From positions 26,064 to 90,063 of the forward strand of contig CAZWFQ010000003.1 in NCBI GenBank assembly GCA_964633225.1: 64,000 bases of DNA, written 5' to 3'. Shown here one piece after another: positions 52,984 through 63,586 of this stretch. The DNA comes from an uncultured Anaerolineaceae bacterium (GTDB lineage Bacteria > Chloroflexota > Anaerolineae > Anaerolineales > UBA4823). The notes below the pieces were generated by a model that was not told the origin of the DNA, did not search any database, and worked only from the letters and a program-made list of their open reading frames with translations. Every line of letters begins with the position of its first letter. The first letter of the stretch is position 1. The position numbers and the translations under genes are program-made.

Positions 52984-54357
52984 ATGACCGAACCCCGTTC
53001 TGCTGCCATCCAATATGCCCACGATCATCGTGAACGCTTTTTGGATGAATTAAAAGACTTTGCCACCATCCCTTCGATCTCTACTGACCCGGCTGCCAAG
53101 CCTGATATGCAGCGCGCTGCCGAATGGGTTGCCAACCAATTGCGCTCGCTGAAAATCGAAAACGTGCAGATCTTCTCCACGCCTGGCCACCCGATCGTAT
53201 ATGGTGAATGGCTCAAGGCCGGCCCCCAGGCCCCCATTGCCCTGGTATACGGCCATTACGACGTCCAGCCGGTTGACCCGCTGAACTTGTGGCAAAGCGG
53301 GCCTTTTGAGCCCCAGGTGCGCGGCGAATATATCTATGCCCGCGGCGCCACTGATATGAAGGGCCAGATCATGGTAGCCCTAAAATCCATCGAGGCGATC
53401 GTCAAGACGGGCACCCTGCCCATCAATCTCAAATTCATGATCGAAGGCGAAGAAGAGATCGGTTCTCCCAGCCTGGTGCCCTTCATGGAAAGTCACAAAG
53501 AGCTCTTGGCTTGCGATTTTGCCCTTAACCCCGATTCTGGCACACTCTCGCCCGAGATCCCCTGCATCACCTATGGCCTGCGCGGCCTGGCATACTTCGA
53601 GCTGCGCGTCTTCGGCCCTGACCACGATCTTCACTCCGGCGTCTTCGGCGGAGCGGTGCTCAACCCGGCTAACGCCCTGTGCCGGTTGATCGCCGGGATG
53701 CACGATGCCCAGGGCCGCGTGACCCTGCCCGGTTTCTATGACAAGGTCTTACCCATTGATACAGAAGAGCGTGCCGAGATGGCTCGCCTGCCCATTGGTG
53801 ATGAATATTACCTTAAGAACACCGGCGCCCCAGCCTTGTGGGGTGAACAAGGCTACACCCCCACTGAACGCGTTGGAGCCCGCCCCACCCTGGATGTAAA
53901 CGGCATCTTATCGGGCTTCACCGGCGAGGGCGCCAAGACCGTCCTGCCGGCCTGGGCCATGGCCAAGATCTCCACCCGCCTGGTTCCCAACCAGACCCCC
54001 GAAGATGTGCACCAGCAAATGCTGGCATACTTAGAAGCAAATGCCCCTCAGGCCGTGCGCTGGACCTTGCAAGACATGCACGGCGGGGTAGCATCCATCT
54101 CAGACCGCCACTCGCCTTATATCCTGGCCCTGGCCGACGCTATGGAAACGGTGTGGAACAGACGCCCCGTCTTCAAGCGCGAAGGCGGCAGTGTGCCGGT
54201 GGTCACCCAGTTCCAAAATATCCTGGGGGTCGAGTCGGTCAATACCGGCTTTGCCATGGCTGATGACAACATGCACAGCCCCAACGAAAAGATGCATCTG
54301 CCGACCTGGTATCGCGGCATCGATGCTTTCATCCATTTCTTCTACAATCTGGGATAA
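52984..54357 (+). CDS. M20-family metallo-dipeptidase
   Basis: 457 aa. GHYDVQP, ARGATDMKGQ and EGEEEIGS metal and catalytic motifs. AAAGGAG RBS. Confidence 0.88.
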   Translation: MTEPRSAAIQYAHDHRERFLDELKDFATIPSISTDPAAKPDMQRAAEWVANQLRSLKIENVQIFSTPGHPIVYGEWLKAGPQAPIALVYGHYDVQPVDPLNLWQSGPFEPQVRGEYIYARGATDMKGQIMVALKSIEAIVKTGTLPINLKFMIEGEEEIGSPSLVPFMESHKELLACDFALNPDSGTLSPEIPCITYGLRGLAYFELRVFGPDHDLHSGVFGGAVLNPANALCRLIAGMHDAQGRVTLPGFYDKVLPIDTEERAEMARLPIGDEYYLKNTGAPALWGEQGYTPTERVGARPTLDVNGILSGFTGEGAKTVLPAWAMAKISTRLVPNQTPEDVHQQMLAYLEANAPQAVRWTLQDMHGGVASISDRHSPYILALADAMETVWNRRPVFKREGGSVPVVTQFQNILGVESVNTGFAMADDNMHSPNEKMHLPTWYRGIDAFIHFFYNLG

Positions 54358-54362
54358 TTAAA

Positions 54363-54389
54363 GGGGATGCATGTTTTGCATGCATCCCC
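54363..54389 (+). terminator. 11-bp stem hairpin after the M20 peptidase gene
   Basis: GGGGATGCATG-ttttg-CATGCATCCCC, starting 6 nt after the stop codon. No strong U-tract. Confidence 0.45.
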
Positions 54390-54409
54390 AACAGAAAATT
54401 TACAGGTAT

Positions 54410-55306
54410 CCAATGAGCGATAATTGTCGTTTACCATCTTATGGCGGCCAGGCTGTGATCGAAGGCGTGATGATGCGCGGGTCACAATCGGTAGCCATTG
54501 CCATGCGCGCCCCCGATCAAAGCATCCAGATCCACAAGGAAAGCCTGGGGGGTATCTACAAAAGCCGCCTGACCAAGATTCCCTTCTTGCGCGGCCTCAT
54601 TATGCTGTGGGATTCACTGGGCCTGGGCATGCGCGCCCTGACTACCTCGGCCAACATGCAGACCGGCGAAGATGAAAAGCTGGAAGGCCCGGCCCTGTAC
54701 TTAACCATGGCGGCCTCATTTGGCATTGCCATTGCACTCTTCTTCGTAGCCCCGGCTGCCGTTGGGCAGCTCATTGAACACTGGCTGGGTGGCGCCAACA
54801 CTACCAATGCCTGGCTGGGCAACCTGCTCGAAGGCCTGGTGCGCCTGCTGCTGCTCATCGGTTACATCTGGGGAGTAGGCAAGATGCCCGAAATCCGGCG
54901 CGTCTTTGCGTACCACGGCGCCGAGCATAAGACCATCAACGCCTTTGAGGCCGGGGTAGAGCTGACCCCCGAAAACGCTGCCCGCCATTCCATCGAGCAT
55001 CCTCGCTGCGGCACCGCTTTCTTGTTGACCCTGGTGCTGCTCTCGATCGTCATGTTCTCACTCTTGGGGCCCATGCCCTTGGGCTGGCGCCTGGCAAGCC
55101 GGGTGTTAATGCTGCCAGTATTGGCTGGCATCGCTTACGAGTATATTCGCTGGACCGCCAACCACCTGGATTCAGCCCTGGTCAGGCTCTTGGTGCGGCC
55201 AAACCTGGCCCTGCAGCACCTCACCACCCGCGAGCCATCCCTCGACATGTTAGAAGTGTCGATCGCGGCTTTCCAGGCCATGCGGGATGACGAAAAGGTC
55301 CTATAA
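54410..55306 (+). CDS. DUF1385-family membrane protein
   Basis: YGGQAVIEGVMMRG N-terminal signature and HGAEHK motif. The ORF-track start at 54371 lies inside the hairpin, so the ATG at 54410 is preferred. Confidence 0.8.
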   Translation, partial: PMSDNCRLPSYGGQAVIEGVMMRGSQSVAIAMRAPDQSIQIHKESLGGIYKSRLTKIPFLRGLIMLWDSLGLGMRALTTSANMQTGEDEKLEGPALYLTMAASFGIAIALFFVAPAAVGQLIEHWLGGANTTNAWLGNLLEGLVRLLLLIGYIWGVGKMPEIRRVFAYHGAEHKTINAFEAGVELTPENAARHSIEHPRCGTAFLLTLVLLSIVMFSLLGPMPLGWRLASRVLMLPVLAGIAYEYIRWTANHLDSALVRLLVRPNLALQHLTTREPSLDMLEVSIAAFQAMRDDEKVL

Positions 55307-55310
55307 AAAT

Positions 55311-58300
55311 CTATGGGTTGACAAAGGTTTTTAAGGCCAGTTGCACTTTTTCATACTCAGCCTCAACCTGGGCCAGCTTCTCGGCTGCGCCTGTCATCTG
55401 ACCAGATTTCCCCATCATCTCCATTTCGGCGCACAGGCCGCGCAAGACCTCTGCCCCAAACGTGGCACTGTTTGATTTCAGGCTGTGGGCATTTAAGCGC
55501 AGGGCCGCCGCATCACCATCTTGCACGGCACCGCGCATCTCTTGCAGTAAACGCGGCCCATCCTCCAAGAATACCTCCACGATGGAACCCAAGGCATCCA
55601 GGTCGCCAAAGGCTTGCTTTAGCTCGTTCAATGCCGCCGGATTGAGGTCGGCCGGTAAAAGATCCTGCTGCGGCTGAGCATCACCGGCCTGCAACCTCTC
55701 CCAGGCACACGGCCGGTCCGGGTCTGCCTGCCCGGTGTCGATCTGACAACATTCCAGTGCTTCAACCAGCTCAGCCACCTGGATGGGCTTGCTGAGATAA
55801 TCATCCATCCCGGCTTCCAGGCATTCCAGCCGGTCCTCTTTCAGGGCATTGGCCGTCATGGCAATAATGCTCGGCCGCGGGAGGCCGGGATTCCACTGCA
55901 GCCAGTGCCTGCGGATGGTGCGGGTCGTTTCCAGGCCATCCATCTCTGGCATTTGCACATCCATCAGCACCACATCATACTGCTGGCGCTTTAACGCTGC
56001 GATCACTTCCAAACCATTGGCCGCCACATCAGCCCGGTAACCCAAGCGCTCCAGCAAGCGCAGTGCCAGCTTCTGGTTGGTCACATTATCTTCTGCCACC
56101 AGGATGCGCATGGGCAGCCGCTGGGCCATCTGTGGGTCAAATTCAAAATGCCGGCTGCGCTCCAATCTCCTGGCTGAGCGAGCCCCCCGCAAGAAGAACC
56201 CCGCCAGCACATCATACAACTGCGAAATCTTAACCGGCTTGGTTAGAAAGCTGACCAACAATGCATCCTCAACCTGAGCAGCCTGCCTCCCCAAAGAAGT
56301 CAGCATCACCAGGGGCATCTTATAGGCCAGCGGCTCTTTCGAGATGGCTCTCGCCAACTCATTGCCATCCATCTCTGGCATGTGCGTATCCAAGATCGCC
56401 ACGTCAAAGTGCTGCCCCTGCCTGATCCAATCCAGGGCCTGGGAGGGCGAACCCGTCTCGCTGGGCAGCATGCCCCACGCAGAAGTCTGCACCTGCAAGA
56501 TGCGCCGGCAGGTATCGTGATCATCCACAATCAAAACCCGCTTGCCTCTCAGCTCAGGCTGCGGCCCCAGCAGGTGTGATTTGACCGGGACCTGAGCAAT
56601 GGGCACCTGAATGGTGAAATTGAATGTGCTGCCCTGCCCCACTTTGCTTTCGGCCCACATACTGCCGCCCATCATCTCTGCCAGGCGGCGGCTGATCACC
56701 AAGCCCAGGCCGGTGCCCCCATAACGCCGTGTGGTTGAGAGGTCAACCTGGCTGAAGGATTGGAACAGGCGGTCCATGTGAGTGGCAGGGATACCAATGC
56801 CCGTATCGGTGACCGCAAAATGTACGGTGCAGAGACAGACCCCATTTTCAGCCTGCTCTTCTTCCCGCACGCCCACCGAGATAAATATCTCCCCTTGCTC
56901 GGTGAACTTCACCGCATTGCCGATCAAATTGACCAGGATCTGCCGCAGCCGGGTCACATCGCCCATCACCGCCAAGGGCACATGGTCATCAACCAGGCAA
57001 GACATCTCCAATCCTTTTTCAGCCGCGCGCCGCGCCAGCAAATCCAGCGCACTCTCCAGGCAGTCGCGCAGGTCAAAAGGCTGGCTTTCCAGGTCCATTT
57101 TTCCGGCTTCAATCTTGGAAAAGTCCAGAATATCGTTGATGATCACCAGCAGCGCGTCGCCGCTTTGGCGGATCGTCTCGGTGAACTCGCGTTGTTCTGT
57201 GCTAAGCGGTGTATCTAAGAGCAGGCTCGTCATCCCAATCACGGCGTTCATCGGCGTGCGGATCTCGTGGCTCATGGCCGCCAAGAAGGCACTTTTGGCC
57301 CGGTTGGCCTGTTCTGCCAGGAGCTGAGCTTGTTGGGCGGCCTCATAAGAGCGGGAATTCTGGATTGCCACGCCCATATTCGCCCCCACCGCGCTCACCA
57401 GGCTTACATCCGCCTCGGTGAACAGGTTTTCTTGTGTCAGGCTTTGCAGGCTAAGCACCCCCATCACCTGGTTGCGCATCATGATCGGAACACCTAACCA
57501 CGATTTAGGGTACTCATTCCCCCCCACCAAAAGCCCGCCCAGCTCGATCACGCGTTCAGAAAAGTTCTCGTTGATCAACAATGGGCGCACGGTACTGATC
57601 ACCACTGAAGTCAACCCCTGTCCCAATGCCATACTGGGCACATCAATTACCTGGCCGCGGGTCATGAAATAGGGCGTTGCAATGACCTGGGTTTCTGCAT
57701 CATAGAGGGCCACATAGATCACATCCACGGCATAGATTTGTTGGATGTACTTGCTGACCGCCTCGCAGATGGTGCGGATATCCAGCTTGCCGGTAATGGC
57801 CTGGCTCAGATCGTTCACGGTTGAAAGCTCGACCACCCGCTGCTGAGCCTGGCGCAGCAGACGCAGGCGCTCGATTGCCAGGCCGGCCTGGTTGGCAGCC
57901 GAGGTCAAAACGTCGATATCACTCTCCGAATAGGCATTTTTGCGCTGATTTTCGACCGTTAAAACGCCTTGCGCTTTCCCGTCGATATAAATCGGAGCGT
58001 CCACTTCAGACCCGCCAAGCCCTGCGATATAAGCCGGTTCAATCGTCACATCTGACCAATAATGCGGCTGCCCATCTTGCAAGGCTCGCTCGGTTAGGCC
58101 AAGTCCGGCAGGCAAACGATAACCAATGGGCACATCCAAGAGCCCCGCCTTGGCCCGCACGATGCGATCGCCGGTAGCAGCATCCACTAAAAACATAACT
58201 ACATACGTGAATCCCAGCGCCTCATCCAACAGGCCCAGCGCAACATTCTGGCAGACATCTGCTTCTGTATTTGAAGCCGCCAATTGAGCGCTCAAACAGA

Positions 58301-59882
58301 AGAGTGCTTCCTGGCGCCTTGCCTGGCGGCGTTCAGCATCAAACAGGCGCGCGTTATCCAGCACGATCGCCGCCAGCTCCGAGAAGCGGGCCAAACGCCG
58401 CACATCCTCGCCAGTGAACTGCCGGGCAGAGTGGTAATCATGAGCCAGCCCAATCACCCCGATCACCTCACTGCCCGAAAGGAGCGGTATCCCGATGATG
58501 ACGCCATATACTTGACTCTGGATGATTGACAAACGCTCATCCCAAGTATCGTACCCTTCGATCAGGTAAGGCTTGGCCGTACGCCGCACAATACCCGACA
58601 GGCCTTCATCCGATTGGCGGCGCAGTCCAATCAAATCTACCGACCGGCCCATTGCAGCGTGGGTGACCATTTCTTGGGTCTGAGGATCAATCAAGTCCAG
58701 GTAACCGTGTGGAGCGCCGCTGATCTTACCCGCTTGCTCCAAGACAAGGTGCAAGAGCGCCTCCGTCTCCTGGCGGTTGATGATGGTCGTCTCGTGCAAG
58801 ATGGTCAAGTATTCATTCTGCTGGCGCAGTTCATCCTCAACCCGCTTGCGTTCCGTAATATCGCGCAATTGCACCAGCCGCCCAATCACAGACCCTTCTC
58901 GGCTTTGCAGGGGAGCGATGCGCACATCAAATTGGCGTTGTTTTTCCCCTTCTCCCAGGGTCATTTCTGCCTGTGTAAGGGTCACGTTGCGGGAACGCGC
59001 CGCCAGCTCGGCCCAAGGCTGCAGCACCTGGTGGGCGGGCTTACCCACAATTTGAGCAAGCGGCAATCCAATGAGCTGCATGCCCACCGGATTGACATCA
59101 ATCACCCGATTGAGGGTATCTAACACCAGCATGCCATCGCTCAAGTTTTCGATCAACAGGTCACGCGCCACCGGCACAATATCTTGCATCCGGTAGCGGA
59201 ACAAAGCCCAGGCCATCACCAACCCGGTCAGGGTGAAGGCAAAGGGCGTTGGTTCAATCTGGGCAAATGGCTGAACGCCAGCAATCCACAGCAAATTGCC
59301 AATCCAGGGGAGAAAAGCGCCCAGCAGCATAAAGACAGCCTGTTTGCGATACAGATGCGGCGATTGCAGCAAGGCGCGTACAATCAAATAGGTTCCAATA
59401 AACAGCAAGATATACGCGTATGCGATATGGATGAAAAACCACAGGCCAAAATCCAACCCTACGCGCGGAACCACCTGGCTGGTATCCAGGGTTACGTGCT
59501 GGTAGATCAGCCCGCCCTGTAAGCGGTTCGTCCAGGCCATCAGGGTCATCACAACCGGCTCGATCAAAAGCAGGGCAATGCGATGGCGGCTGATCCAGTT
59601 GCCCAGGCCCACGTACTCGAAGACAAAGAGCATCCAGGCGACCGTCAGGGTGCTGATGAACAACCAGCGCACCTGTATCCAGAAAAACTTGCCAGGCAGG
59701 TCTTGGACCATTAACTCCAAAGCATAACTTGCCGCCCAACCGCTGACGATCAACATCAAGGCGGCAAAGGAAAGCGCTCCCAAACCCGGCCGCCGCCGCC
59801 AGGCATAGATCCCCAGCATCAGCGTCAACCCGGCGCACAACCAACTCAACCCAATCAAATAAGACAGCACCGTGGAATTCAT
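55311..59882 (-). CDS. very large hybrid sensor histidine kinase (7TM N-domain, PAS, three GAF domains, HisKA, HATPase, two REC domains, Hpt)
   Basis: 1523 aa. H-box [20 protein letters not shown], two receiver domains, and Hpt motif [14 protein letters not shown]. The core is a paralog of the kinase at 31286-34543. Confidence 0.95.
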   Translation of the reverse strand: MNSTVLSYLIGLSWLCAGLTLMLGIYAWRRRPGLGALSFAALMLIVSGWAASYALELMVQDLPGKFFWIQVRWLFISTLTVAWMLFVFEYVGLGNWISRHRIALLLIEPVVMTLMAWTNRLQGGLIYQHVTLDTSQVVPRVGLDFGLWFFIHIAYAYILLFIGTYLIVRALLQSPHLYRKQAVFMLLGAFLPWIGNLLWIAGVQPFAQIEPTPFAFTLTGLVMAWALFRYRMQDIVPVARDLLIENLSDGMLVLDTLNRVIDVNPVGMQLIGLPLAQIVGKPAHQVLQPWAELAARSRNVTLTQAEMTLGEGEKQRQFDVRIAPLQSREGSVIGRLVQLRDITERKRVEDELRQQNEYLTILHETTIINRQETEALLHLVLEQAGKISGAPHGYLDLIDPQTQEMVTHAAMGRSVDLIGLRRQSDEGLSGIVRRTAKPYLIEGYDTWDERLSIIQSQVYGVIIGIPLLSGSEVIGVIGLAHDYHSARQFTGEDVRRLARFSELAAIVLDNARLFDAERRQARRQEALFCLSAQLAASNTEADVCQNVALGLLDEALGFTYVVMFLVDAATGDRIVRAKAGLLDVPIGYRLPAGLGLTERALQDGQPHYWSDVTIEPAYIAGLGGSEVDAPIYIDGKAQGVLTVENQRKNAYSESDIDVLTSAANQAGLAIERLRLLRQAQQRVVELSTVNDLSQAITGKLDIRTICEAVSKYIQQIYAVDVIYVALYDAETQVIATPYFMTRGQVIDVPSMALGQGLTSVVISTVRPLLINENFSERVIELGGLLVGGNEYPKSWLGVPIMMRNQVMGVLSLQSLTQENLFTEADVSLVSAVGANMGVAIQNSRSYEAAQQAQLLAEQANRAKSAFLAAMSHEIRTPMNAVIGMTSLLLDTPLSTEQREFTETIRQSGDALLVIINDILDFSKIEAGKMDLESQPFDLRDCLESALDLLARRAAEKGLEMSCLVDDHVPLAVMGDVTRLRQILVNLIGNAVKFTEQGEIFISVGVREEEQAENGVCLCTVHFAVTDTGIGIPATHMDRLFQSFSQVDLSTTRRYGGTGLGLVISRRLAEMMGGSMWAESKVGQGSTFNFTIQVPIAQVPVKSHLLGPQPELRGKRVLIVDDHDTCRRILQVQTSAWGMLPSETGSPSQALDWIRQGQHFDVAILDTHMPEMDGNELARAISKEPLAYKMPLVMLTSLGRQAAQVEDALLVSFLTKPVKISQLYDVLAGFFLRGARSARRLERSRHFEFDPQMAQRLPMRILVAEDNVTNQKLALRLLERLGYRADVAANGLEVIAALKRQQYDVVLMDVQMPEMDGLETTRTIRRHWLQWNPGLPRPSIIAMTANALKEDRLECLEAGMDDYLSKPIQVAELVEALECCQIDTGQADPDRPCAWERLQAGDAQPQQDLLPADLNPAALNELKQAFGDLDALGSIVEVFLEDGPRLLQEMRGAVQDGDAAALRLNAHSLKSNSATFGAEVLRGLCAEMEMMGKSGQMTGAAEKLAQVEAEYEKVQLALKTFVNP

Positions 59883-61417
59883 CCCTGTTGCAACAATTCA
59901 CTCCAACCTATCACCTGGTTACGACCAGCGTGTTTGGCAGCATACATCGCCTGGTCGGCCCGGCGCAATACGTCGGCGCCTTTTTCTCCATGCTCAGGGT
60001 AAGTTGCCACCCCCGCAGACAGGGTGGCATGCAGCATGATACCCTGGTGAAGCACGCGCAGCTCAGAAAAGGCTTGCCGCCATTGTTCAGCCTTGCCCTG
60101 TGCCGCTTCCAGGTCTGCCCCCCACAGCACCACCAGGAATTCCTCGCCGCCATACCGGCAGGGGATATCCTCGCGGCGGGCTTTTTTCAACAACAGGCGG
60201 CCTAATTCTTGCAGCACACGATCGCCAACCTCGTGCCCGTATTGATCATTGAAAGATTTGAAATGGTCGATATCCAGCATGATCAAGCTCACCGGCATGT
60301 GCTTGCGGGCAGCACGCGACAGCTCGCGCCCCAACATTTCATCCAGGTAGCGCCGGTTATATAAGCCGGTCAGGCCATCACGGATGGCTTGCTCGCGCAG
60401 TTGTGCCTGCAGTGCTTCAATCTCTGCCAGCTTGACTTGCAACAGATCGTTCGCTTGCCTGAGCTCTGCCTCAGCGCGCTGGCGTTCTTTTAGCTCTTGC
60501 TGCGCTTCGGTATACAGGCGCGCATTCTTGATTGCAATCGCCGCCTGGGCCGTAAATGTCAACACCAATTGGGCATGTTCTTCAGTGAAAAAATTTGGTT
60601 CGCGCTTATCCAGCGTGAGCATGCCTGCCACGCGCCCATCTACCATCATCGGCACACCCAACCAACTGCGGATCTGCTGTGGGGCAAATACACCGCTGCA
60701 AAAACTTTCGTAGCTCACTGGGGCATCTCCCAGGCGCAAGGGGGCCTGGGTGCGCACCACTTCGGCATTTGGGTTATCCTCAGCACGAATATCAAACTTC
60801 TGGCCCACAATCTCGTCCGGGTCTGCCACACCGTGCACAGCAAAGATCTCCAACTCATGGCCTTCCAGCAGCATCACCGAAACACTGTCGTGGGGCACAA
60901 ACTGCTCCAGGGCTTGTAAGATCGCTTGCAGCGCCAGGCGCAGATCTAAGGTAGAGAGCAGTGTTTGCAAAACCTGATTGAAAGCCTCAATCCGTTCGGC
61001 ACGCCGCTGAAGTGCATCTTCGGCTGCTTTGCGCAGGGTAATATCTTGCTTGATCGAGATGAAATGAGTGATCTCGCCCTCAGCATCACGCACCGGGGCG
61101 ATCGTTTGTTCCTCGGTATACAGGCTGCCATCTTTGCGGCGGTTGACCGTCTCACCGTGCCAGATCTGCCCGCTCAAGATCGTAGACCACAATTCCTGGA
61201 AGTATGCATTGGGGTGCACATCAGATCTAAAAAGGCGCGGCGTACGCCCCAGCACTTCCTCAGCGCTGTAGCCGGTAATGACGGTGACCGCAGGGTTGAT
61301 CCAAAGGATCTCTCCCATCCGGTTGGTGATCACAATCCCGTTCGCAGCCGACTCTAGGGCCACACTCTGCAAGCGCAGTTGCTCTTCAGCCTGCATACCA
61401 GATTTGAAATCTCGCAT
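59879..61417 (-). CDS. PAS-GAF-GGDEF diguanylate cyclase
   Basis: GGEEF active-site motif with an RxxD I-site 5 residues upstream ([14 protein letters not shown]). The stop overlaps the kinase start by 4 nt. Confidence 0.92.
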   Translation of the reverse strand: MRDFKSGMQAEEQLRLQSVALESAANGIVITNRMGEILWINPAVTVITGYSAEEVLGRTPRLFRSDVHPNAYFQELWSTILSGQIWHGETVNRRKDGSLYTEEQTIAPVRDAEGEITHFISIKQDITLRKAAEDALQRRAERIEAFNQVLQTLLSTLDLRLALQAILQALEQFVPHDSVSVMLLEGHELEIFAVHGVADPDEIVGQKFDIRAEDNPNAEVVRTQAPLRLGDAPVSYESFCSGVFAPQQIRSWLGVPMMVDGRVAGMLTLDKREPNFFTEEHAQLVLTFTAQAAIAIKNARLYTEAQQELKERQRAEAELRQANDLLQVKLAEIEALQAQLREQAIRDGLTGLYNRRYLDEMLGRELSRAARKHMPVSLIMLDIDHFKSFNDQYGHEVGDRVLQELGRLLLKKARREDIPCRYGGEEFLVVLWGADLEAAQGKAEQWRQAFSELRVLHQGIMLHATLSAGVATYPEHGEKGADVLRRADQAMYAAKHAGRNQVIGWSELLQQG

Positions 61418-61498
61418 CTTCAGCCTTTCAATCTACCCACCGTCCGGGTGTGTGCCAGCCCCAGGGTCAAGGGCCGGGTCACGCTCCAAGACGTGCCA

Positions 61499-62701
61499 TC
61501 AACGGCCAAAAGTAGCCTGCAAACGGCGTGCCAAAGGCTCCAGGTGCTTTTGCAGAGCGGCATCTACCCCCATGCCGTTCGTCACATCTGCCCCGATAAA
61601 ACCAAGCACTTCAGCGAATTGGTGCTCCAGCTTGCCCCAGGCTGGCAGAGAACGGTAAGAACGCCCTGTCTGCAGCGATTGGATAGCCGCGCGCGTGATG
61701 GGTGTGTCTGGCAACGGCAAAGAGTCCAGCACGTCTGGCCGGGTGGGCAAGAACACCTCAACCCCCTGGCAGTACACGCCCTGCGCTTCACGGCTGGTCA
61801 AATGCTTGACCAAAGCCAACGCCGCCCGCTCTCGTTCGTTCGAGGCTTGCACCTCATTCCAAACCACCAGGCTGTTGCCTCCCAGCCAGGGTACGCCCGG
61901 CATACTGATCACGCCCAGGTGCGAAAGCACACCCGGCGCCACCGAGCGCCGCCGCAGCCATTCATAGGGGCGGTCAATTCCAAACATCATCATTGCAGCC
62001 TGCCCACTGGTAAAATAACGTTCGGCTTCCACCCCATCCAGGCGCTGGGCCTCAGGCGGCAAATAACGCAGCAAATTAAAATAGGAGCGAAAACCTTGCA
62101 GGGCCTCTGGCTGGGTAAACGTCAGGCGCGAGCCGGTAGGGCTGACAAAATCTCCACCCATGCCCCACACAAAACTGGCTACCATGTGCAAAATGCCCAG
62201 GTGAAACGCACTGACTGGCGCTACCCACGGGCACTTTACACCGGCGGCATGCAATTTTTCTACCGTCTGCGTCAGGGTGGGCAAGCTCAAAAAGGCACTT
62301 GCTTCGTCGATCCCGGCTTTCTCAAGCACATCGCGGCGGTAACACAAAACAAATGTAAAAGCGCTCCACGGCACCGACCAGGCCTCAGGCTGGTTAGGCA
62401 GCACAGCACTATGCCAGATCTGCGGAAAGAAGGCCGTCGAGCCTCCCAATTCCCTGACTTCGGTATGGGTGAAGGGCCTCAGGCCATTCAATGCCACCAA
62501 GCTGCCGGTCCAGGTGGACCCCACCTGAGAAACATCTGGCCCCTGGGTGTGCAGCGCCCAATCCACCAATTCGTGCCAGGCTGTTTCCCAATCCAGGCTG
62601 CGGATGCGCACCCGCACGCCTTGCTGAATTTGAAAATTCTCTACCAACCGCATCAGCGTCGGTGATACATTACCGATCAGAGATAAGTTCAACTCCAACA
62701 T
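61499..62701 (-). CDS. periplasmic-binding-protein (ABC family-1 SBP) fold protein without a signal peptide
   Basis: SBP-like pattern from residue 1 (LIGNVSPTLMRLVENFQIQQGVRVRIRSLDWETAW...GPDVSQVGSTW). The ATG at 62701 lies 7 nt after a TATAAT. Neither candidate N-terminus has a signal peptide or lipobox. Confidence 0.75.
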   Translation of the reverse strand: MLELNLSLIGNVSPTLMRLVENFQIQQGVRVRIRSLDWETAWHELVDWALHTQGPDVSQVGSTWTGSLVALNGLRPFTHTEVRELGGSTAFFPQIWHSAVLPNQPEAWSVPWSAFTFVLCYRRDVLEKAGIDEASAFLSLPTLTQTVEKLHAAGVKCPWVAPVSAFHLGILHMVASFVWGMGGDFVSPTGSRLTFTQPEALQGFRSYFNLLRYLPPEAQRLDGVEAERYFTSGQAAMMMFGIDRPYEWLRRRSVAPGVLSHLGVISMPGVPWLGGNSLVVWNEVQASNERERAALALVKHLTSREAQGVYCQGVEVFLPTRPDVLDSLPLPDTPITRAAIQSLQTGRSYRSLPAWGKLEHQFAEVLGFIGADVTNGMGVDAALQKHLEPLARRLQATFGR

Positions 62702-62708
62702 AGGAAAT

Positions 62709-62714
62709 ATTATA
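62709..62714 (-). promoter_or_regulatory. TATAAT -10 box, 7 nt upstream of the SBP-fold gene ATG (leaderless geometry)
   Basis: The minus strand reads GGATTATAAT-atttcct-ATG(62701). Confidence 0.5.
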
Positions 62715-62809
62715 ATCCACTTGCAGGGCCGTAGGGCAACCACCCATTGATGTGATCCGGCACGGATGCTTTACGTTTCTCACTTAATCGCTTAAACTTC
62801 GAATACGCT

Positions 62810-63586
62810 ATGAGCCAGGTCAACTACACCTGCCGCGGTCAAGGGCCGCCCATCATCCTGCTGCACGGCATGTATGCCTCCATGCACGACTGGGATACCT
62901 TGCTGCCCATCCTGGCTGCCTCGGGTTACCAGGTTTTTGCCCCCGACCTCCCTGGTCACGGAAAAAGCGCCCGGCTGGAAAATCCCCAGGACTATCATGC
63001 TGAGCATATGGCTGCCGAGTTGGAAGCCTGGATCGAGAGCTTACACCTGCCGGAGCCGCTGCGCCTGGTAGGTCATTCCTTGGGCGGCTACCTCAGCTTG
63101 CAGTATGCCATCCACCATCCACAGCAAGTGGACCGCCTGGTGCTTGTAGATCCACTGTACAACGCCAGCCAGCTTTCTCCGCTGCTGCTGCCTTTGGCCT
63201 GGCAGCCGCGCCTGGGCGAGCAAGCTGTCCGGCGCATCCCATCCAGTTGGGTGTATACCTTCATGGGCTGGGATGTCACGCCGCGTACCAACCGCTCCCC
63301 TGCTCTCCGCCGCCAGATCGCATCTGATTTCAAACATGCTGACCCACAGCTAATCCACCTGCTCGCCGATATCCCCGACCTGGCGCCGCAAGTTTCAAGC
63401 CTCTGTGCGCCAACCCTGGTCATTTGGGGCCAAAGCGACCCCACCCTCAACCCGCATTCCTTCCCCACCCTGGTACAGGCCATTCCGGGTGCCCGCGGGC
63501 ACCCCATTGCAGGCTGCGGGCACCAGCCGCACATTGATCTGCCCGAGCTGACCAACCGGCTGGTGGTAGAATTCTTCTCATCATGA
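62810..63586 (+). CDS. alpha/beta-fold hydrolase
   Basis: ILLHGM oxyanion region, nucleophile elbow GHSLGG, and a C-terminal GCGHQPH histidine. Confidence 0.88.
   Translation: MSQVNYTCRGQGPPIILLHGMYASMHDWDTLLPILAASGYQVFAPDLPGHGKSARLENPQDYHAEHMAAELEAWIESLHLPEPLRLVGHSLGGYLSLQYAIHHPQQVDRLVLVDPLYNASQLSPLLLPLAWQPRLGEQAVRRIPSSWVYTFMGWDVTPRTNRSPALRRQIASDFKHADPQLIHLLADIPDLAPQVSSLCAPTLVIWGQSDPTLNPHSFPTLVQAIPGARGHPIAGCGHQPHIDLPELTNRLVVEFFSS

Noticed and set aside
52984-54357. The M20 peptidase as the YgeY-type 'selenium metabolism hydrolase' of the E. coli-like cluster.
   Set aside because: At 457 aa it looks like a dipeptidase-type M20 protein. It lies in a separate plus-strand housekeeping-like unit with its own RBS and hairpin, and it is not adjacent to ssnA or xdh genes.
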